From: a virus
Length of the DNA: 43,945 nt
Direction: 5' to 3' (one strand)
Virus record (IMG/VR): IMGVR_UViG_3300017698_000057
Coordinates: 1 to 43,945 of that record
In this document: positions 26,164 to 33,806 of the stretch, piece by piece
Position numbering within the stretch: the stretch's first letter is position 1
Layout: each line of letters starts with the position of its first letter
Program-made: the position numbers and the translations under genes
Notes under the pieces: model-generated
Database searches by the model: none
Seen by the model: the letters and a program-made list of their open reading frames with translations, nothing else
Told to the model about the DNA's origin: nothing

Positions 26164-26451
26164 ATGCTGACCAGAGATCAGATTGACCAACTGTCGCCGG
26201 CGGAACGCACCGCCCTGCTGCGCGACCTGCTGCAAGCCGTTTTCGGTGATGCCAGCCAGCCGAAAATCTGCCACGCCCTCGACATTACACCCGTGACACT
26301 GCGGCGCTGGCTAAGGCAAGACGCCGTGCCCGCATGGCCGTTGATGCTCCTTGACGAGTGGCGGCAGTCGCACCGAACCGCCGAAATCCTTGATCAACTT
26401 GGCGAACTGGAATCGCAGATCAGCGCCTTGCGCGCCGCCGCTTCTGCCTGA
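26164..26451 (+). CDS. Small HTH DNA-binding protein
   Basis: 95 aa with the HTH-like segment KICHALDITPVTLRRWLRQD. Its 3' end overlaps a minus-strand gene convergently by 32 nt. Confidence 0.55.
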   Translation: MLTRDQIDQLSPAERTALLRDLLQAVFGDASQPKICHALDITPVTLRRWLRQDAVPAWPLMLLDEWRQSHRTAEILDQLGELESQISALRAAASA

Positions 26452-26920
26452 GAAGTTCCGCGCGCCTCTTGCGGGACTCGTAGCGGTCCCGCGTTTCCTC
26501 GATGAGACGGCAGGTAATCGGCGGCAAGGTGGACGGCCGCAGCACCACTTCATAGCCCAAGGTCTGCGCCCAGATCAGATAGGTGACGATGTTCGGCAAC
26601 CGCGTCGGCTCGTCCCGCTCGAATTTCAGCATCTGATCCGTTGCAATTCCCGCCGCCGTCTCGACTTCCTCGATCGACAGCCCCAACTGTTCACGGCGCC
26701 GCCGCAGCACCTGGCGCGCGTCGTCAAAGCTTTCGATCACTTCATCAAGGCTCAACCGTTGATCAACTTCGCGCTTCGGTATCACGCCGCCCGGCTTGAT
26801 CCGCAGCCGCATCGAGCATCCCGGCTCCTTGCAACGGGCGATGCACGACGAGTCCTTGTCGGCCACCTCGATCATCCAGCCGCGGGCCTCTATCGCGCGA
26901 AAGAACTTCGCATCCGACAT
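26420..26920 (-). CDS. XRE-family HTH regulator with a Cys-containing N-terminal domain
   Basis: 166 aa. The HTH_3-like core is LRRRREQLGLSIEEVETAAGIATDQMLKFERDE. The N-terminus contains CIARCKEPGC. Confidence 0.65.
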   Translation of the reverse strand: MSDAKFFRAIEARGWMIEVADKDSSCIARCKEPGCSMRLRIKPGGVIPKREVDQRLSLDEVIESFDDARQVLRRRREQLGLSIEEVETAAGIATDQMLKFERDEPTRLPNIVTYLIWAQTLGYEVVLRPSTLPPITCRLIEETRDRYESRKRRAELLRQKRRRARR

Positions 26921-27120
26921 CACAATTCCCCTCGCACGATCCTGATCTGGTACGCCTTGAGATTGGAGATATGCAGCGCCCGCACCCGGTCAAATTTGGC
27001 AATCTCTTTCACGCGGTCCCGTTCCTCATTGGCGACGGCGGCAATCTCTGCCTCCGTCTTGCATTCGATCAGGCGGTTCTTGATCCGCCTGACCTCGGCA
27101 AAGATTTCGTCATCGGTCAT
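26920..27120 (-). CDS. Hypothetical 66-aa helical protein
   Basis: MTDDEIFAEVRRIKNRLIECKTEAEIAAVANEERDRVKEI... It is coupled to both neighbouring genes. Confidence 0.55.
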   Translation of the reverse strand: MTDDEIFAEVRRIKNRLIECKTEAEIAAVANEERDRVKEIAKFDRVRALHISNLKAYQIRIVRGEL

Positions 27121-27475
27121 CTACCAGTGTCCAGACGGTCGGCTTGCCGTTCATCTCTGCCACCCGCTCGCTGGTGATGTATCCGTTTTGCCGCAGCGCA
27201 CATAGGCGCGTGCTGGTCGTGTCGATCCGTTCATCCAGGGCGACGGCGATCTGCCGGGTGGTCGACGGCCCGTGATCCCTGAGAAATTTCAGCACCGGGC
27301 GATAGTTCGGCCGCTCGTGCATCAGGTCAGACGTGCGGTTTTCCGGCAACTTCCCCCTGGTTCCGACCTTGCGCTGCATGAACTCGGCAAACCGTTCCTC
27401 GCCGATCATCGACACAAACGCATCCATCGGATCGGCCACAGGCCGGCGGCTCGAAATAATCACATGGTCACGCAT
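27110..27475 (-). CDS. Winged-helix (MarR-like) DNA-binding protein
   Basis: 121 aa containing LKFLRDHGPSTTRQIAVALDERIDTTSTRLCALRQNGYITSERV. Confidence 0.55.
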   Translation of the reverse strand: MRDHVIISSRRPVADPMDAFVSMIGEERFAEFMQRKVGTRGKLPENRTSDLMHERPNYRPVLKFLRDHGPSTTRQIAVALDERIDTTSTRLCALRQNGYITSERVAEMNGKPTVWTLVDDR

Positions 27476-27626
27476 CGTTTTCCTCCATTGCTGCCTTGAC
27501 GGCACCCGCCGCCCATCCCGCCGCGATCAATCCCGCGCGGATCATCCGATCTTCGGCACCACCGGCCCGCATCCGCTCGACCAACGGCTTGATCTCGGCA
27601 ACCTGCCGCTTCTGTTCCGGGGTCAT
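27468..27626 (-). CDS. Possible 52-aa protein (not in the ORF track)
   Basis: MTPEQKRQVAEIKPLVERMRAGGAEDRMIRAGLIAAGWAAGAVKAAMEENDA. It overlaps the upstream stop as ATGA, has GGAGATGGAGGG upstream and has high third-position GC. Confidence 0.5.
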   Translation of the reverse strand: MTPEQKRQVAEIKPLVERMRAGGAEDRMIRAGLIAAGWAAGAVKAAMEENDA

Positions 27627-27958
27627 CCCTCCATCTCCTTCAGCTTCGCCACGATCACGCCGACGATTGTTGCCGGGTAAATCTCTCCGAACAGCCGCAC
27701 CACGGACAGGTTGCGCCCGATTTCCTCAAGGGTCGCCCCGTGCTGCAACAGCAGTGAAATGAGGATGCAGGCGTCCTGTACGGTGTCGCGCAGGTTCGAC
27801 CCCGTGCGCTGGCCGTCCGCATAAAAAACCTCCCTAATTGCGCCGGTTTCTGGCTCAAAACCCGCAGTCACATGAAAGGGATGCTCTGCCATCTCGGATT
27901 TCCACACCGCGCGCACCGTCATCGACGGCCGCCGGTTCGGTAGGTGTTGCCGGGTCAT
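27623..27958 (-). CDS. TSCPD-like (ribonucleotide reductase C-terminal-like) domain protein
   Basis: 111 aa with the pattern LPNRRPS...EVFYADGQRTGSNLRDTVQDACILISLLLQHGATLEEI, as in small alphaproteobacterial TSCPD-domain proteins. It overlaps the methyltransferase stop as ATGA. Confidence 0.5.
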   Translation of the reverse strand: MTRQHLPNRRPSMTVRAVWKSEMAEHPFHVTAGFEPETGAIREVFYADGQRTGSNLRDTVQDACILISLLLQHGATLEEIGRNLSVVRLFGEIYPATIVGVIVAKLKEMEG

Positions 27959-29346
27959 TCTTCCATCCTCACAAGAGTTCCAGTTGATCCGCCGATTTCG
28001 TTTCCGCAGGCGGCTTCCAGATCCACGGGGCGCAGGCCGTGGGCAACCGCCAGAGAGCGCCACGCATGGCCCGCTGCCAGTGGGCAAACTCCGTTGCCGA
28101 GCAGTCGCAAAGCGAATGACCGGACGGCCACCCCATGAGCCATTCGACGAACACGGGGTTCAAACGGCGCTTCCTGCCGTTTGCCGCCATCCGTTTCCAC
28201 GCGGCCCGGTAATTCACTTGCTCTTGCAAAGTCGAACAGATCACGAGCCGACGCAGCCGGCGCCATGTCTGGCGCGGATCGGATGACGGCGCCCCATGCT
28301 TCGGTTTCGTTTGGTCCGGGTGGGAAAAGAGGAATGCCACGGCATTCGGCAACTGGTCCATGTGCAACCTGCCCGTTCCGTTGTTCAGGTGATCCGGGCT
28401 GTTCTCGCCCTTGTGATCCCGACTGGCCGGCGTCGGCCAGTTCGCCGCGTCCCGCGCCAGGCAGGCATTCCCCGCCTTGCTGGTCGGCACCTGACCGCTG
28501 CCCCGCATCGTTACATCGTGGGCTTGTGGGGTGGTCCAGTTCGCCGCTTGCGCTGGCAGTGGAGTTCCGCCTGCTCCGAACGCCATGTTCGGACCGCCCT
28601 TCGTTCCGTCCGTCGATCGAGGCGTTCCCCACACCCGATCCGCCATCGCCTCTGCCTTCCTGCTGAAATCGCTGTTCCCCGCTGCGCTGTTGCCGTTCTG
28701 CGCCGGGGTTCCCGCCATCGGCGTCTGCCACTGTCGCGCCGCATTTCCCAGCCCCACCGTCACCTTGCGGCCATCCGGAGTGATCCCGGTTGCCGACGTT
28801 CCTGGTGGAAGAGCTCTCCCGCCGCTTGGGGTGTCCGCCGTAGGCCACGCAGAACCACCGGAGCCGTTCGTGCGGAGCGCCTGTTTCTTGCGCTGAGAAT
28901 AGGCCAGTCGCAGGCGTCCAGCCCATGTCCCATAACTCTCGCAACACGGTTTCCGCACCCAGGCTGACATGACCGGCGACGTTTTCGAGAAACACCCATC
29001 GAGGCTGGACTTCGCGGATGATGCGGGCGACTTCCGGCCACAGGTGCCGTTCGTCATCTTCGCCCTTTCGCTGGCCCGCCTGGCTGAATGGCTGGCAGGG
29101 GTAGCCTGCAAGGATGGTGTCGATATGCCCGCGCCACGGGATGCCGTCGAAGGTGCAGACATCGTCCCAGATCGGGGCCGGGGAAAAGTATCCGGCACGC
29201 TGGGCGGCGATGATGGATTGCCGCGGGTATTCCTCCCATTCGACGTAGCAGCGGGTGTGAAATCCGGGCTCTGCGAGTTGCAATCCCATGTCGAGGCCAC
29301 CGCCGCCGGCACACAGGGACAATCCGTTTTCGGGACGTAGCACCAT
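27955..29346 (-). CDS. DNA (cytosine-5) methyltransferase with an apparent reading-frame disruption
   Basis: In this frame: motif I LSLCAGGGGLDMG, motif IV GYPCQPFSQAG, motif VI FLENV and motif VIII APHERLRWFCVA. The middle part is low-complexity here. The overlapping ORF 27969-29486 carries WxTP repeats and LNPVFVEWLMGWP. Confidence 0.7.
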   Translation of the reverse strand: MVLRPENGLSLCAGGGGLDMGLQLAEPGFHTRCYVEWEEYPRQSIIAAQRAGYFSPAPIWDDVCTFDGIPWRGHIDTILAGYPCQPFSQAGQRKGEDDERHLWPEVARIIREVQPRWVFLENVAGHVSLGAETVLRELWDMGWTPATGLFSAQETGAPHERLRWFCVAYGGHPKRRESSSTRNVGNRDHSGWPQGDGGAGKCGATVADADGGNPGAERQQRSGEQRFQQEGRGDGGSGVGNASIDGRNEGRSEHGVRSRRNSTASASGELDHPTSPRCNDAGQRSGADQQGGECLPGAGRGELADAGQSGSQGREQPGSPEQRNGQVAHGPVAECRGIPLFPPGPNETEAWGAVIRSAPDMAPAASARDLFDFARASELPGRVETDGGKRQEAPFEPRVRRMAHGVAVRSFALRLLGNGVCPLAAGHAWRSLAVAHGLRPVDLEAACGNEIGGSTGTLVRMEE

Positions 29347-29347
29347 G

Positions 29348-30721
29348 TCAAAACTCGTCTCCCAAATCCCAAAATCGGTTCGTCGCCAGGTCGCAGCCGA
29401 CCGTGACGGTTCCGATGTCGCCCATGCGGGCCTTTTCGATGATGATTTCGGCGCGGTTCTTCCACCGCTCGCAATCCGCTTCCCAATCGGCGCGTTCGTC
29501 GATCTTCTGCGGCGGCGTCTGCCGTTTCAGGTAGTACTCGGGCCGGTGAATGAACATCACGTTGTCCGGTGCGTTTTCCAGATCTCCCGATCCGCGCAGA
29601 TGCGCCAGCCGGGGCCGCGCCATCTCGAAACTGTCCGACGCGCTGATCTTGCGGTCCACCTGGGCCAGCGCCAACACATGCACGTCGAGGATTTTGGCAA
29701 CCTGCTTGAGATCGTTCGCTACCTGCGACAGCCGCACGAAGGCGCTTTCACCCTTGCCACGGACCAACTGGATGTAGTCGATCACCAAAAGCTGAAAGCC
29801 GCGGAACTTGTCATTCGCCGGCATCCGGTGTTTGAGCCGCTTCGCTTCCGACAGGATCGCCGGCACGTCGCGCACCTTTTGCGAAAATATCTCGATCGGC
29901 AGAGAGTCCATCGCCTTTGCCGCCTCGATCACCTGACGGAAAACCGCGTCACTGGTGGCCCGGTCCATCGCCTTGTACGGGATCTGCGACTCGATGGATT
30001 TCACCCGCTTGGCAATATCTTCCTCGCCCATCTCCAACGTGAGATAGCCGACGCCATGCCCGGCCTTCGCCGCCGCGTACATCAGCCAGATCGCAAGCGC
30101 GGTCTTGCCCATCGACGTGCTGCCGCCGAGAACCGTGTATCGCTTCGGCGAAAACGAGATCATGTTGTCCAGCGACGGCAGGCCCGTGGGAATGCCGATC
30201 TCGCGCCCCTCGCGCACCGCCTGCATTTGCTCGACGGATTGCCGTAGAGCCTTGAGGAACGACATCGACCGCGGCGCCGCGCTGTCATCCTCACGCTGCA
30301 TCAGCATGATTTCCAGCTTGCTGACGGCATCGGCCAGATCGCCGCCGCCCGTCAGATCGGTTTCGATCCCCCGAACTTCTTCCAGAACCGCCCGCTTGCC
30401 GTGGAAGTCTCGGACCATCGCCGCATAGTGCCGAACCGCGCCGGGATCGGCCGCCGCCGCCAGCCGCACCAGGTAGCCCGGCCCGCCGAGTTGATCGAGC
30501 CCTTCATCCCCTTCCAGCGCGGCCTTTGCCGTGATCGGCGATGCAAGCTGATCCGCCTCGATCCGGGACGCCGCGTGCGCCCATATCCGGGCGTGTAACG
30601 GCTCGTAGAAATGCTCCGGCCGCAGCCGCTCAATGGCATGATAGGCGTCGTTGTTCACCAGAACCGCGCCAATTACCTGCTGTTCCGCCTCGATCGAGTG
30701 CGGCTCGATCTGTTCCGTCAT
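29348..30721 (-). CDS. dnaB: Replicative DNA helicase, DnaB family
   Basis: 457 aa with N-terminal HSIEAEQQVIGAVL, Walker A GGSTSMGKTA, and typical DnaB motifs LVIDYIQL and LAQVDR. Confidence 0.9.
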   Translation of the reverse strand: MTEQIEPHSIEAEQQVIGAVLVNNDAYHAIERLRPEHFYEPLHARIWAHAASRIEADQLASPITAKAALEGDEGLDQLGGPGYLVRLAAAADPGAVRHYAAMVRDFHGKRAVLEEVRGIETDLTGGGDLADAVSKLEIMLMQREDDSAAPRSMSFLKALRQSVEQMQAVREGREIGIPTGLPSLDNMISFSPKRYTVLGGSTSMGKTALAIWLMYAAAKAGHGVGYLTLEMGEEDIAKRVKSIESQIPYKAMDRATSDAVFRQVIEAAKAMDSLPIEIFSQKVRDVPAILSEAKRLKHRMPANDKFRGFQLLVIDYIQLVRGKGESAFVRLSQVANDLKQVAKILDVHVLALAQVDRKISASDSFEMARPRLAHLRGSGDLENAPDNVMFIHRPEYYLKRQTPPQKIDERADWEADCERWKNRAEIIIEKARMGDIGTVTVGCDLATNRFWDLGDEF

Positions 30722-31137
30722 GCCTCGATCCCGCGATAGATTTTCAGCCAGTGACGCGCGGCCCGGTTCGGCTTCCCGTCCACCTGCATCGACGGCGGAA
30801 CCAGCCCGTCCCGAAGAAACGACTTCTGGTGAACCGTCAGATCATCCTCGGAATAGCCACGGTTCAGGATCGAAAGGATCGCGCCCGGTGTCGGGCGAAC
30901 GCGGGGCTCCGTCGAAAGGTACTGGCGGCAAGCGTCCTGAATTTCATCCTGCGAATACGGCTCAAGCAGGTCGATCCAGTCATCCATTGCCGCTTCTTCC
31001 TGGTCCCGCGGCATGTTCGGCTGGAAGTAGTGGGAGAGAAGCACCTTCACCCGGCCCACAATCCATTCGGCGTGCTGCACGGCGTTCGGCGATGCGACGT
31101 GCGAAGTCGGCGGTGCTTTCATCGGCGGATTGTGCAT
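30718..31137 (-). CDS. Hypothetical replication-module protein (helicase-loader position)
   Basis: 139 aa starting MHNPPMK, with AGGAGG 9 nt upstream. This frame has high third-position GC. It overlaps the DnaB start as ATGA. Confidence 0.55.
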   Translation of the reverse strand: MHNPPMKAPPTSHVASPNAVQHAEWIVGRVKVLLSHYFQPNMPRDQEEAAMDDWIDLLEPYSQDEIQDACRQYLSTEPRVRPTPGAILSILNRGYSEDDLTVHQKSFLRDGLVPPSMQVDGKPNRAARHWLKIYRGIEA

Positions 31138-31864
31138 TTCTCGGGCCTCCTGATCCGTTTGGAGTTTTGTCAACCAGCGGTCGGAAGAACTCGCTATCCA
31201 ACCACGTCACGAAAGCCCGGTCCCAATCGAGGAAGAGCTTTCCTTTTGCCAAGGCGTCGTTCTTGAATTTCTGGAATTGCGCTTCGGCCTCTTGCAGCGA
31301 GTGCCCGCGCTTGCGAGCCGCCCTGATCTGAGCATCTGAAATCACCGCGTCCTCAGACATTCGGGATTTTCGTTTGGGCCGAGTTTTCTTTTCGGTAGCC
31401 CGTTTCTGTTTCTCAGGAAGCGAATTGGCTGAGAAAAGATCGGAAGAAGATTCGTTAGAATCTTCTGTTACTGACGTTACTGACGGTTTGGGTGACATGG
31501 GCGTCACTTCAGAAGTGACATGGGCGTCACCTCTGAGGTGACATAATGGCACTTCGGGTTTCTCCGAAGGTGGTGACATAATGTCACTTCGCCACGCATG
31601 GGCTGGCGCGATCTGATAGAGGTTGGTCTTGAGCGGGGAGCCGTTTCTCCGAACCGAAATTATGCCATTCGCTGCGAGGTCAGATAGGCACCTTTTGACC
31701 TGTCGTGGGCTCAATCTGGTCTTTGGCGCAAGCGTCTCATTGATGCCCGGATAGCACATTCTAGACCGCTCATCCGCACTATCGGCCAGGGCCAAAAGAA
31801 CCAGCAACGTTCCTTGATCGACCGGAGCGTGTTTCCAGACTTCATTCATGATCTCGATACTCAT
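30980..31864 (-). CDS. Replication initiator-like protein (N-terminal winged HTH), containing origin-like iterons
   Basis: The N-terminus MNEVWKHAPVDQGTLLVLLALADSADE...LSPRQVKRCLSDLAANGIISV is HTH-like. A Ser/Pro-rich linker is encoded by the iteron region. The last 158 nt or so overlap the next gene and have low third-position GC. Confidence 0.6.
   Translation of the reverse strand: MSIEIMNEVWKHAPVDQGTLLVLLALADSADERSRMCYPGINETLAPKTRLSPRQVKRCLSDLAANGIISVRRNGSPLKTNLYQIAPAHAWRSDIMSPPSEKPEVPLCHLRGDAHVTSEVTPMSPKPSVTSVTEDSNESSSDLFSANSLPEKQKRATEKKTRPKRKSRMSEDAVISDAQIRAARKRGHSLQEAEAQFQKFKNDALAKGKLFLDWDRAFVTWLDSEFFRPLVDKTPNGSGGPRNAQSADESTADFARRIAERRAARRMDCGPGEGASLPLLPAEHAAGPGRSGNG
31445..31587. repeat. 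Origin-of-replication-like repeat cluster inside the initiator gene
   Basis: A palindrome AGAAGATTC-GTTA-GAATCTTCT (31445-31466), tandem GTTACTGAC x2 (31467-31484), and four GTGAC-N5/6-G(T/G)CAC sites at 31492-31507, 31515-31530, 31538-31552 and 31573-31587. Confidence 0.6.
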
Positions 31865-32094
31865 CCCGCCCTCCTAAAAATAACCGCAAGGCACCCTTCG
31901 GCCCGCAGTATTGAAACCTCGCGCCGCACGTCCTCGACGGCGCAATTCAGTTCGATCGCTATGTCCTCGACCCCCAGTCCGCTGGTCAGAAGTTCGCGGA
32001 CCCGCACGATCCAGGCGCTGTTCTTGCATCTCACCGGAACAACTCCAGAACAACTCCCCCAACGGCATCGACTGGTGGCGAACAAATTCTCCAT
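31861..32094 (-). CDS. Small HTH-like protein
   Basis: 77 aa starting MENLFATSRC and containing VRELLTSGLGVEDIAIELNCAVEDVRREV. It overlaps the initiator start as ATGA. The start is uncertain. Confidence 0.45.
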   Translation of the reverse strand: MENLFATSRCRWGSCSGVVPVRCKNSAWIVRVRELLTSGLGVEDIAIELNCAVEDVRREVSILRAEGCLAVIFRRAG

Positions 32095-32572
32095 GGAGCT
32101 TTGCTTTTGCGCTTTCATAGGCGGCGGACGCTTCTTCAGCGCAATCAAACACCCCTAAGTGGATAAGCTTTTTTTGGTGCCTTATTTGAGCTCTAAAACG
32201 ACCGTTTCCGTAGTGCTGAACACCCCTGAAACCAGTTGAATTGTTTTTATAATCTTTAAGGTTTTGCGCGTTGTTTATCGGGTCACAAATTCGCAGGTTA
32301 GATCGGACATTGTTGAGGCCATTTCCGTCGATATGATCAACAACTCTATCATCTGGACACCTTGCAATAATGCGGTGAAGTTGAATTGTTTTCCTCACCC
32401 CACCTGCCAGCCGATCTGTTCTGCGAGCATAGGCATTTGTCTTGTCAATAAATACGTGCCAGACGTAGCCTTCGACCAACTTCAAATCATCGCAGTCGAT
32501 TACCGTTACTAATCCCTGAGACAGCGGTATGAACGCTCTGCTTCCAATGATCTTCGGTCGCCTGTTATTCAT
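31874..32572 (-). CDS. HNH endonuclease with AP2 DNA-binding domain (homing-endonuclease type)
   Basis: HNH_3-like VDHIDGNGLNNVRSNLRI and AP2-like STGFRGVQHYGNGRFRAQIRHQKKLIHLGVFDCAEEASAAYESAKAKLHGEF. The recognisable domains end at about 32110. The ORF then runs on over the next gene with low third-position GC. Confidence 0.7.
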   Translation of the reverse strand: MNNRRPKIIGSRAFIPLSQGLVTVIDCDDLKLVEGYVWHVFIDKTNAYARRTDRLAGGVRKTIQLHRIIARCPDDRVVDHIDGNGLNNVRSNLRICDPINNAQNLKDYKNNSTGFRGVQHYGNGRFRAQIRHQKKLIHLGVFDCAEEASAAYESAKAKLHGEFVRHQSMPLGELFWSCSGEMQEQRLDRAGPRTSDQRTGGRGHSDRTELRRRGRAARGFNTAGRRVPCGYF

Positions 32573-33098
32573 GATGAACTCCAAAAAGCTCGCCGAGCGG
32601 CCGGGATTGATATCCCGAGGCAAAGGTTGCTTGAGCCCAATCCCAGATCGCATAGGAATCAGCCTCGTCATGCGTCTCCGGCGTCCAGCCGAGAAGCTGG
32701 CACCTGGCGATGACTTCCTGCTTGATCGCCTTCTTTGCGGCTGCCGGTTTCAGGTGCGGAAAATGCTTTACGGACAGGCTCTTGCCGAGAAAGTGCTTCC
32801 GCACCGTTGCCAGATGCGCCGTCTCGCACTTCACGCCGTGGCGCCATGCAACACCGCGCACACAGGCTACGAGCCCGATCAGGTACGCGGATGCCTTTGG
32901 CCCGCCGACGGGTGCCTCTGCCACGATCAGGTCGGGCCGGTGCTTGTCGATGATGGTTTCCGCCAGTGTGGCGACATTGGAAAACCGCCGGTCATCCGGT
33001 GGCTTGCCAAGATCGCACGTCCATGCGGCAGGGTCCGCACCGGACTCGCCGATGCAGACCCCCGTTTTGCTCGCTATGTCGAGCGCGCAGATCAGCAT
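32565..33098 (-). CDS. ruvC: RuvC-like Holliday junction resolvase
   Basis: 177 aa with ICALDIASKTG near the N-terminus, LIVAEAP, and DEADSYAIWDW near the C-terminus. These are the typical RuvC acidic residues. Confidence 0.7.
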   Translation of the reverse strand: MLICALDIASKTGVCIGESGADPAAWTCDLGKPPDDRRFSNVATLAETIIDKHRPDLIVAEAPVGGPKASAYLIGLVACVRGVAWRHGVKCETAHLATVRKHFLGKSLSVKHFPHLKPAAAKKAIKQEVIARCQLLGWTPETHDEADSYAIWDWAQATFASGYQSRPLGELFGVHHE

Positions 33099-33475
33099 TA
33101 CTGCACGACTTCCAGCGATGCCGGTTCGGCGTCGAAGTCCATCTCCGACTGGCCGGCAATGTGCGCCTTCACCATCGGCAGGCCGAGTTCCAGCGACCGG
33201 ATCACGTCCATTGCCTTGTCCCGCGACTTGTCGCCGGTTTTCATGATCTGCCGCAGGATCGAGTACGCCTTCTTGTTGAAGCCGGTCTCGTCGATGAACT
33301 GGCCAATGTCGGCACGGGTTTCCGCTGCCGACGATACCCGTTCAGCATCTTCGCGGTTGTGTTGCACGGCCCGCCCGATCAGCGTGTCGTGGTCGATGTC
33401 GAGTTCTTCTTCGTCCATTTCCGATCCTTTCCGTTGTTGCCAGATCTCGCTCGGGCGTGCGCCTGTTGACGACAT
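33098..33475 (-). CDS. Hypothetical acidic protein
   Basis: 125 aa, or 106 aa from the ATG at 33418, which has AAAGGA upstream. Its stop overlaps the RuvC ATG as TAATG. Confidence 0.5.
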   Translation of the reverse strand: MSSTGARPSEIWQQRKGSEMDEEELDIDHDTLIGRAVQHNREDAERVSSAAETRADIGQFIDETGFNKKAYSILRQIMKTGDKSRDKAMDVIRSLELGLPMVKAHIAGQSEMDFDAEPASLEVVQ

Positions 33476-33614
33476 TTGCGGCTAATGCGGGTAATCAGCC
33501 CCGGCGGCCCGCGGCATGTCGTCGTTGAGCCCTCAGCGAGCGGGCTTGAGGTTGCCGCCGTGTTGGAATTTCGTGTGGAAACGTGCTTTCCTGCCCGGCA
33601 CAGGAGGAACCGAC

Positions 33615-33806
33615 ATGCTGGACAGACTTGTTGAGGTGCTTGCCTGGTACGGCGGGATCATGGCTGCCGTGCAGGTCATGGCCTACGCCAACCGACACAA
33701 TCACGACCCTGCCGAATTTATCTTTTTTCAGAGCATCTACTGGGGCGCGCTTACCCTCTTTGGAGCCTTGTTCTACATCCCAAGCGGCATGATCCTCGGG
33801 TACTGA
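33615..33806 (+). CDS. Small 2-TM membrane protein, antisense to the early operon
   Basis: 63 aa starting MLDRLVEVLAWYGGIMAAVQVMAYA, with a second helix IYWGALTLFGALFYIPSGMILGY. AGGAGG lies 7 nt upstream. Third-position GC is about 75 percent, against about 46 percent for the overlapping minus-strand ORF. Confidence 0.6.
   Translation: MLDRLVEVLAWYGGIMAAVQVMAYANRHNHDPAEFIFFQSIYWGALTLFGALFYIPSGMILGY

Noticed and set aside
27969-29486. 505-aa ORF as an independent gene.
   Set aside because: Its 5' third is out of frame with DnaB and with the methyltransferase N-terminus, and looks non-coding. Only its middle and 3' part looks real. I reinterpret it as the displaced frame of the methyltransferase rather than a separate gene.
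31492-31587. Short regularly spaced repeats as a possible mini-CRISPR array.
   Set aside because: The units are 15-16 bp palindromic sites with 7-20 bp spacers inside a coding region. No cas genes are present. The pattern fits replication iterons.
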